Positions 54,373 to 64,000 of a stretch of 64,000 nt of DNA are shown here, piece after piece. The position numbers were made by a program, and so were the translations under genes. The notes beneath the pieces are model-generated. The model worked only from the letters and a program-made list of their open reading frames with translations, was not told where the DNA came from and made no database searches. The DNA comes from Octopus vulgaris (taxonomy: Eukaryota), in contig OX597824.1 of the NCBI GenBank assembly GCA_951406725.2, positions 82,336,001 through 82,400,000 of the forward strand, given 5' to 3'. Position 1 is the first letter of the stretch. Every line of letters begins with the position of its first letter.

Positions 54373-54949
54373 TTATATATCTACAGTAATATTGGCTATT
54401 ACGCCGTCATTAAGAGATCATATACATATCTAAATATATAATTACATGTGAGTATTTTCTCGAATCCTACACATGTCTAGGGAAACACTCACTGCGCAGA
54501 TTCCTCTCAGTAAGGGATCACATACATATCTGCAGAAATACTCTGAAGACAGTATTCTCTCCTTAAAAGATAACAGATCATAAGTATATCTGCAGACATG
54601 CTTATAAACCAGTATCTTCTCTGTTGGAGTTTATACTCGTATCTACCGACATGCTTATTTACGAGACAGTGTTCTGTCTTTAACAGATAATAGGTCATAC
54701 GCTTCGTCATTCAGATATAAGCACAGGTGCCTGCTGTGTGGTTAAGAAGCATGCTTTGCAATCACGTTGTTTCGGGTTCGATGCCACACTGCGCAGAATA
54801 TGGGGCAAGTTTTTTCTATGGTACACCCGGGTCGACCAATTCACATTGTGAGAGAATTTCGTTGACATCTGTGATTTTATTTTTGATCTTCTATATAAAT
54901 GGAGATGTTTCCTACGTCTGGCTGCTTTTCTTTCTACAAATCTGTCGAT

Positions 54950-55388
<439 letters not shown>

Positions 55389-55552
55389 ATAATATTTTAA
55401 TTTATTTCACTTCTGATTTACGCTGAGTTGTGCAAAACATAGATAATCGTTTGATCTATAAAGAGCTGATAAAGCACAAATATGCAAATTAGGCTTATAA
55501 GATTACTTTATATAACCGTTGATTTAAGGCAGGAAGGGTGACGGATAAGTCA

Positions 55553-55593
55553 TCTCTGAAGAGCGTCATGAAACCGTGAAATGATCCGTCAGG
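55553..55593 (+). ncRNA. Minimal hammerhead-like motif with intact core nucleotides
   Basis: tct-CTGAAGA-GCG-tcatgaaac-CGT-GAAA-tgatccg-TC-agg; the stems are short and contain GU pairs. Confidence 0.45.
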
Positions 55594-55794
55594 AGAGTCT
55601 TTTCCTTCCTTTTCTCCGCACGGAACCATAATACTTGTATGTCGTGGAACTACCCTATCAGATCTAACCTGGGGTCATACAACACTACCAATACTACCCA
55701 CGCCACAAGTAACCAATCCATAAAAGTGCTTTCACATGGATACTCATCATGTTAGAAATAGCAGCTGAGTACCTAATTCTCTTTCTGAAAACAG

Positions 55795-56252
55795 ATGGTT
55801 TAGGGATTAGAGAGTCAGGCTCACAACCATGAGGTAGTGAGTTCGATTTCCAGACCGGGATGTGTGTTGCGTTCTTGAGCAAGACACTTTATTTCACGTT
55901 GCTCCAGTTCATTCAGCTGTAGAAATGAGTTGTGACGTCACTAGTGCCAAGCTGTATCGGTGTTTGCCTTTCCTTTGGATAACATCGATGGTGTGGAGAA
56001 GGGAATCTGGTATGCAATGCATGGGTGACGAGCTGGCAGAAACGTTAGCGCGCCGGGCGAAATGCGTAGTTGTATTTCGTCTGCCGTTACGTTCTGAGTT
56101 CAAATTTCCTTTGGATAACATCGATGGTGTGGAGAAGGGAGTCTGGTATGCATGGTCGACTGCTGGTCTTCCAGAAACAACCTTTCCCGGACTTGTGCCT
56201 CAGAGGGTAACTTTCTAGGAACAATTCCATGGTCATTCATGACCGAAGGGGA
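55795..56252 (+). mobile_element. Family-B SINE (tail Y) containing a family-D head flanked by a 48-bp duplication
   Basis: 55969-56016 matches 56105-56152 around gagctggcagaaacgttagc..gagttcaaatt. Confidence 0.8.
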
Positions 56253-57411
56253 TTTTTGTACTTTAACCGAATTCTCTCAAATTATATTTTCAAACTTGAA
56301 AAAAAAAAATCTCAGAAACGACGCGTTAGATAATATCGTGCGAGATGGGAAAGTCACGACTCGAACGCCTTTGATCACAGAGCTGCTCAATAACAGTTGA
56401 TTTAAAGGGGTGGCTATACAACAAGAACAACAACAACTACAATGCCGTATGTACTATTAATGACACCAGCATCACAGTCACCATTATCGTCACGCTTGCC
56501 ATATTTTCCTTGAAACGAAAGATCCAAACATGCAAATGCATAGACAGACATCATTCCAGACAAGCCAACAAGCCAAGCACACCAGCAAGCCAGTACATAC
56601 ATACAGACAGACAGACAGATAGGCAGACAGACAGGCAGACAGGCAGACAGGCAGACAGACAGACAGGCAGACGCAGACGTTCAATAATTCAGATGACGTC
56701 GTCAAAGAAGATTGTCATCGTTGTCAGCGGTATGGTGTCAAGTGAATGTCTCAGAAACCGAAAGTGAAACCAAAAATAAGAAAGACATGAGTCACAGAGT
56801 CACTTGTAAACAAACCCGCCGCCTCCGCTGCCTGCTGCCGCCGCCGACTCCGGCGCCGGTCCCTACTCGTCATCTTCATCTTCGTGTGATTGCCTCTTTC
56901 TTAGAAATCCTTTATAATATCAATGCTGTAGTCGTTGTTGTTGCTGTTGCTGTTCTTGCTGTCGTCATCGTCGCCGTCGTGGTTCTTGTTATTCTTGTGG
57001 TTGTTGTTAGGTACGCTGTATAAGTACCAGTGTAAATACACGCACACGCACGTGTGCGTGTGTGTGTGTGTAAATGCATGTGTGTATGTGTGTGTGTGTG
57101 TCTGTGTGTCTGTGTATGTGTGTGTGTGTAGGTGTACATTTATGGGTATAAGTATGTGTGCATACACGTTGGTCTTCTGATACAAAAATATATATGCAGT
57201 ATGTATGTATGTATGTATGTATGTATGTATGTATGTATGTATGTATGTATGTATGTATGTATATATAAGTATGTATTTATATGTGCATGTATGCATATAT
57301 ATGTGCATGTATGTATATAAGTATGTATTTATATGTGCATGTATGCATATATATGTGCATATATATATATATATATACATATATATATACATATGCATGT
57401 ATAAATGCATG

Positions 57412-57451
<40 letters not shown>

Positions 57452-57555
57452 TGTATGAATGTATGTAAATATGCATGTATGTATATATATATATATATAT
57501 ATACGTCTATGTATATAGGCATGTATATATGTATGCATGTATGTATGTATGTATG

Positions 57556-57586
<31 letters not shown>

Positions 57587-58380
57587 GAATATATGTATGC
57601 ATGTATGTATGTATGTCAGTCTACAAAAGCTGAAAGTTCCGTATGAACGCACGTATGGATGTATGTGTATATATACATATGTGCATGTATGTATGCATTT
57701 GTGTATTTATGTATCTACGTATGTATGTCCTTGTATACATATTCATATGTGTGTGTGAGTATGCGTACGTATAGGTAAAGACATGCGCGTACCTATGTGT
57801 ATGTGAGTGCATGTAAGTCTTCGCGCGCGCTACTATGTGTGTCTGTAAGTCTATCAAAGAGTGTGTACGTGTGTATATATATTTATACGCATGTGTGTCT
57901 TTTTATGTAAGCGTTATATTTACATTTTTCACAAAAATGTCTTATTCCATTGTTTGAAAATATTATATTTATATTTCTTTTTGGCGAGAAATTTTTTCAT
58001 AAATATATTTACATTATTTTTGAAATATTTTCTTTGTTAATACATAATTTTATTTACTTTTTATTAGTATATTATTTTAAAGACTTTTTTTCTATATTTC
58101 TAAACTATATTTTTTTTGTACCCCTGTTTTTATTTCTCACAATTTTTTCGAAAATCGATTGAAGTCAAATGCAATATAGACAGGAAAACATGTAAACAGA
58201 ATTCTTTGAATGCTAAAGCATCGCACGTTGGCGTATATGTAGAATATATGCGCTGTTCTAACAGTTGCAGCCATTTGTATAGACATACAAATATATGTGC
58301 ATGTATGTATATGCTTGTGTGTGTGCGTGTATGTGTGTGTGTCTGTGTGTGGCACTGTGTGTGCATATATGTATACGTAC

Positions 58381-58431
<51 letters not shown>

Positions 58432-58511
58432 CGGGAGAAAGAGAGGTGTATGTATATGTATGTGTGTAAGTCTGTGTGTGGCACTGAGTTGGTACGCGTA
58501 TACATAGATAC

Positions 58512-58549
<38 letters not shown>

Positions 58550-58718
58550 ATTTGTGTGCGTGTGTCTGTGTGTGTACATATGCACATCCACGCACAGACC
58601 TATAATTACATATTTCCATAACTAGGTAAATATATATATATATATATATATAAATAGTCAAACAGTCAGATAGACAGACAGACAGATACTTACATAATTC
58701 GTTAGATCGATCGATAGA

Positions 58719-58750
<32 letters not shown>

Positions 58751-58830
58751 TAGACAGATAGATAGATATATACATAGATACATAGATAGACAGACACACA
58801 GAGATAGACAGACAGACAGACAGACAGACA

Positions 58831-58887
<57 letters not shown>

Positions 58888-58890
58888 TAC

Positions 58891-59057
<167 letters not shown>

Positions 59058-59480
59058 CTTATAAAAATTCAATTGCTCTGGTTTCCAGCCTGTCACAGAA
59101 TAGCTACAAATTGAATTTAATTTTTTGCACACACAGACCTTCTTACATCTTACTCAGTACGCTCTTTCTCATTTCCATTTAGAAACGCCAAGTTTTAGGG
59201 ACATACATAAATAAGTGTATGTGTTTGAATCTGCCTCTGTGTGTGTGTTTGTGTGTGTGATAAGATACAGTGATATTAGCGGGATATTGCACACTTTGGA
59301 AGCATGATTCACGAAAGTTCTTTGGTAGTTTATTAAAAGAAATATATACGAGGTATGACATAAGTCAGTATGAAATCAATAAGCGGGTAGGTAAAGTTTA
59401 GAATCGACTAAAGAAAGTAAAAGAGTGGAATATTATCTATGGAAGTCTTGTGTGTATGTGTGCTTATCTGTGTCTGTATG

Positions 59481-59513
<33 letters not shown>

Positions 59514-59548
59514 ATATGTATGCGTATACATGTATGCATATATGTATG

Positions 59549-59603
<55 letters not shown>

Positions 59604-59656
59604 ATTATATAATATAATATATAAATTATAATATAATTTTCATATAATAATCTCTA

Positions 59657-59723
<67 letters not shown>

Positions 59724-60014
59724 ATATATATAATTATATAAATATATGCATATATAAGTAACATATATGCACATACCAACATATATATGTATATATACAT
59801 GCATATATGGGTACAGGATATCAGAAAAACGTTGAACATAATGAGAAGCGAAAGCATAACAGCAAAAACATTGAAAACGAACTTTCTTTCGAAGAACGAA
59901 AAAAAATACAAACAGAGAAACGAGACATGCAACATAAAGAATAATCCCCTTCATCAGTTGTCCCTGTTTCATCTACTCCGTGCTTCCGAGGGCAAGAGAA
60001 ACGGAAACAGAGCG

Positions 60015-60063
<49 letters not shown>

Positions 60064-60116
60064 AGATCGTTAGCCACTACACACATTTTTTTCTCTCCTT
60101 GTTTTTTTCTGTGTCC

Positions 60117-60152
60117 CTTTCTGTAGAAGAGCGTAGGCTCGAAAGGTAAAAG
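60117..60152 (+). ncRNA. Hammerhead-like motif with CUGUAGA core
   Basis: CTTT-CTGTAGA-a-GAGC-gtag-GCTC-GAAA-gg-TA-AAAG; same family as the 17399 motif. Confidence 0.5.
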
Positions 60153-60254
60153 ACTTTTTCTATTCCTGAGCGTTATACTTATACATCTGTTTGCTTTGTA
60201 CACCACCTGTCTTCGTCTTTTGTTATTTTCGTAAACTCTCCCTGTATACTGTCT

Positions 60255-60660
60255 CTCTTTACTCTTTTACTTGTTTCAGTCATTTGACTGCGGCCATGCT
60301 GGAGCACCGCCTTAGTCGAGCAAATCGACCCCAGGACTTATTCTTTGTAAGCCCAGTACTTATTCTATCGGATTCTTTTGCCGAACCGCTAAGTGACGGG
60401 GACGTAAACACACCAGCATCGGTTGTCAAGCAATGCTAGGGGGACAAACGCAGACACACAAACATACACACACACATATATATATACATACATATATACG
60501 ACGGGCTTCTTTCAGTTTCCGCCAACCAAATCCACTCACAAGGCTTTGGTTGGCCCGAGGCTATAGTAGAAGACACTTGCCCAAGATGCCACGCAGTGGG
60601 ACTGAACCCGGAACCATGTTGTTGGTAAGCAAGCTACTTACCACACAGCCACTCCTGCGC

Positions 60661-60662
<2 letters not shown>
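60255..60662 (-). mobile_element. Full-length SINE family C
   Basis: Head, internal microsatellite and tail. Confidence 0.9.
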
Positions 60663-60693
<31 letters not shown>

Positions 60694-60708
60694 CACATAG
60701 AGAGCGAA

Positions 60709-60741
<33 letters not shown>

Positions 60742-60897
60742 CAGACAGATAGGCAGGCAGACAAGCAGACAGGCTGACAGACAGACAGCATTATAGACAA
60801 ATACATAGATACAGATCTACACACATACATACGCACATACATACATACATTCACACATACATACATGCGTAAAGATGGTGTTATAGATATAGAAATG

Positions 60898-60979
60898 AAC
60901 CTGGTAAATAAGTATTTCCCTGTAGATCATAAGATACAAACTATTAAATAGAAATAGCGTTAAGTTTAGTTACAGCTGC
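60898..60979 (+). pseudogene. PLE RT thumb/linker fragment
   Basis: NLVNKYFPVDHK/YKLLNRNSVKFSYSC matches the PLE motif L.DKHFP..H.L.K.FNRN.VK.SYSC, which precedes the endonuclease type seen at 1261. Confidence 0.65.
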
Positions 60980-61427
60980 AACTTAGACGTCGCTGTTTCT
61001 GTGCCCAGAATACAGAGAAGAAACACATTTTGATAAAAACACAGAAAACACTTTTTCGTCTATGTAGTTAAAGCAGTTCTAAAATTTGACCTGTGAAAGA
61101 TCTGTCTATTTGCGGCGGAGGGAAGGGGAATTAGTTTTTAGAGATAAGTGTAAAATAAAATTTTAGAGAAGGCTTCCTGAAAATCGCTTTAAATTCCAAC
61201 GGAACCAATAACGAACTTATGAAAATTGAAGAGCGGGTGTTTATGAAATAGCAAGAGAAAGAGAGTGAGAGAGAAGAATGTATTCGAGTTTTTGATTGGT
61301 ATTTGTTTATGAAGCCCGGGAATGAAAGGGAATATTAGCCTCAGGGGGATTTGAACTCGGAGTACGAACAGCCGAAATAGATATTGTGTGACAATCTATC
61401 CAACGCACAAACTAACACTTATTATGA

Positions 61428-61510
<83 letters not shown>

Positions 61511-61824
61511 TGTGTGTTGTACGTTTCTGAACGAAATAAGACGCTTTTTGTTGGTCTCTCAATTTCAGCGTGTGAGAGTATGAATAGATGTATGTGTTGT
61601 TCATCGAAAATATGATTGTTTTTGAACCTTGTCTTTTATTAAATTATTTTCTTAATTCCAATGATTTCGTGCCGTTATATATATATTTATATATATATTT
61701 ATTTATTATTTGCATTGCTTGGTTTTATATTTTTTAACAGTAAATTCCCTTCATCCATCATTAATATTTCTAGATTTTTCTTTTCACATCTGAATCTTGA
61801 AACACTCTACCATTAAAATACACA

Positions 61825-61998
61825 AAAGCTACACATAAAAATTTATTATTTGAATCAAAGGCATACTAACAACAGAAGACATGAATGTATTATCATCAAA
61901 CTCATCAAACAGAATATAAAATACATCACAACAAACTACAAACTGGTGCTAATAACATATTACAAAAGCATTAGAATTAAACAATCTAATATCAATAA
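61825..61998 (+). pseudogene. Possible PLE linker fragment of a second clade
   Basis: IKIYYLNQRHTNNRRHECIIIKLIKQNIK..YKLVLITYYKSIRIKQ resembles the recalled PLE pattern IKLYY.NQM..NYK.DE..IK.II..N....L.L.IYYKN.K. Confidence 0.5.
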
Positions 61999-61999
61999 T

Positions 62000-62345
62000 A
62001 TCATTCGAGCTTTGGTGTTGAAGAAGACTTTTACGGATTCCATGGACAGCGGGGCTCACTAATGGAGAAGTTTTTAACCGGATCAAGCCGAAACTGTCGC
62101 TAGAAGCTAGGATCACCAAGCATAGATTGACATATTTTGCGGAGGGGACATCATGCTCGGAATGGTCAGTGGCAAGAGAGGAAGAGGCCGACCAAGAACC
62201 CGCTTGTTTGACACCATCAAGAGTGACACGGGAATGGCCATAACCAATCTGAAAGAAGCGACCCAGGATTGAACTGGCTGGAGGACACTGATCCATCCAG
62301 TAACCGAGAGTCGAATTCGACCGAGCATATAGATAGATAGATAGA
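62000..62345 (+). pseudogene. BovB-like RTE LINE 3' end
   Basis: SFELWC*RRLLRIPWTA..TN.EV..IKPKLSLEARI.K.RLTYF..IMLGMVSGKRGRGRPRTR..W..LIH.VTESR.R, followed by an (ATAG)n tail. Confidence 0.85.
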
Positions 62346-62416
62346 ATATCAATAATGATTAAAAGCGTCTAAACTCCATAGTAATTTACTAATGAGCAAC
62401 GTGGTATATAAATATG

Positions 62417-62801
62417 GGAGGCGCAATGGCCCAGTAGTTAGGGCAGCGGACTCGCGGTCATAGGATCGCGGTTTCGATTCCCAGACCGGGCGTTGTGAGT
62501 GTTTATTGAGCGAAAACACCTAAAAAGCTCCACGAGGCTCCGGCAGGGATGGTGGTGATCCCTGCTGTACTCTTTCACCACAACTTTCTTTCACTCTTAC
62601 TTCCTGTTTCTGTTGTACCTGTATTTCAAGTGGCCGGCCTTGTCACTCTCTGTGTCACGCTGAATATCCCCGAGAACTACGTTAAGGGTACACGTGTCTG
62701 TGGAGTGCTCAGCCACTTACACGTTAATTTCACGAGCAGGCTGTTCCGTTGATTCGGATCAACCGGAACCCTCATCGTCGTAACCGACGGAGTGCTTCCA
62801 C
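62417..62801 (+). mobile_element. Young SINE family A with an 11-bp TSD
   Basis: TSD atataaatatg at 62406-62416 and 62802-62812. Confidence 0.95.
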
Positions 62802-63042
62802 ATATAAATATGATTGCAAACGTGAAAGTTATAAACTATATGATTCTTACTGATATATTGCCATACCTATAAGTCATTCAACCACCGACTCACTATGTGG
62901 TTACAACAAAGGATTATTGAGATATATCAGAAAGCGCAGCATGAGAAATGTCTGGGAATATGTTAGAGAACAACACGTATATACAACACAGAATTCACTG
63001 AAACATAGATGACTAATGATAGAATAACTAATTATATAACAG

Positions 63043-63725
63043 AAATAAGAGCACTCAGAGAGCGCAAACCTCCGCCGAGGCAACACCAACGTCCTCTCAA
63101 CGATTATCAACCAGTGATAGATTTTTTTTAAAAATAAGAATATCTGAAATAAATACGACTGCTCTCAGAAAAAGTATTCTTTCTTTTCTTTACTTGTTTC
63201 GGTCATTTGACTGCGGCCATGCTGGAGCACCGCCTTTAGTCGAGCAAATCGACCCCAGGACTTATTCTTTGTAAGCCCAGTACTTATTCTATCGGTCTCG
63301 TTTGCCGAACCGCTAAGTTATGGGGACGTAAACACACCACCATCGGTTGTCAACCAATGATGGAGGGACAAACACAGACACAAACATATACACACACACA
63401 CACATATACATACATATATACGACGGGCTTCTTTCAGTTTCCATCTACCAGATCCACTCACAAGGCTTTGGTCGGCCCGAGGCTATAGTAGAAGACACTT
63501 GCCCAGGGTGGGGATCAACTCAGAACCATGTGGTTGGTAAGCAAGCTACTCACCACACAGCCACTCCTGCGCCTAAGTAAAAAAAGAAAAGAAAAATAGG
63601 AAAAATAATCCAGAATCCTTGTCCGGGGCCAAATTGATTCCCAAGTCTAACCAGGTCGTGCCAGTCACGAGGCCAAACATTCCTGAAAGTTTCATCCGAA
63701 TCCATCCAACGATTCTTGTGATATC
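63043..63725. mobile_element. Possible non-autonomous Crypton-like element interrupted by a family-C SINE (-, 63185-63574)
   Basis: The start aagagcactcagagagcgcaaacctccgccgaggc and internal aaagtttcatccgaatccatcc resemble recalled CryptonA-type repeats. The classification is inference. Confidence 0.4.
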
Positions 63726-63726
63726 T

Positions 63727-63957
63727 CTCTTTTACTCTTTTACTCTTTTACTTGTTTCAGTCATTTGACTGCGGCCAGGCTGGAGCACCGCCTTTAGTCG
63801 AGCAAATCGACCCCGGGACTTATTCTTTTTTTTGTAAGCCCAGTACTTATTCTATCGGTCTCTTTTGCCGAACCGCTAAGTAACGGGGACATAAACACAC
63901 CAGCATCGGTTGTCAAGCAATGTTGGGGAGACGAACACAGACACACAAACACACACA

Positions 63958-64000
<43 letters not shown>
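63727..64000 (-). mobile_element. SINE family C 3' half running off the window
   Basis: (ACTCTTTT)n tail plus body. Confidence 0.9.

Overview
This is AT-rich, extremely microsatellite-dense animal DNA with no recognisable intact host gene. The SINE and MITE families match those I recall from octopus genomes (inference from recall, not a search). Most ORFs in the track are translations of simple repeats or of SINE/TE sequence. The window is a layered transposon graveyard containing: (1) more than 40 copies or fragments of four tRNA-derived SINE families (called A, B, C, D here) with shuffled head and tail modules; (2) a full-length but inactivated mellifera-type mariner (18119-19439); (3) a much older mariner split by three nested insertions; (4) piggyBac-, Merlin-, hAT- and pogo/Tc2-like MITEs; (5) RTE, CR1 and possibly L1 LINE remnants; (6) three Penelope-like element (PLE) protein remnants. 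The most striking unexplained signal is about 9-10 minimal type I hammerhead-ribozyme-like motifs from several unrelated sequence families. They include recurrent non-canonical cores, very long stem II extensions and one pair inside a roughly 500-bp foldback. Other notable structures are self-nested 184-bp SINE concatemers, a nascent 206-bp SINE-derived satellite, an ancient 49-bp satellite and several long inverted repeats.
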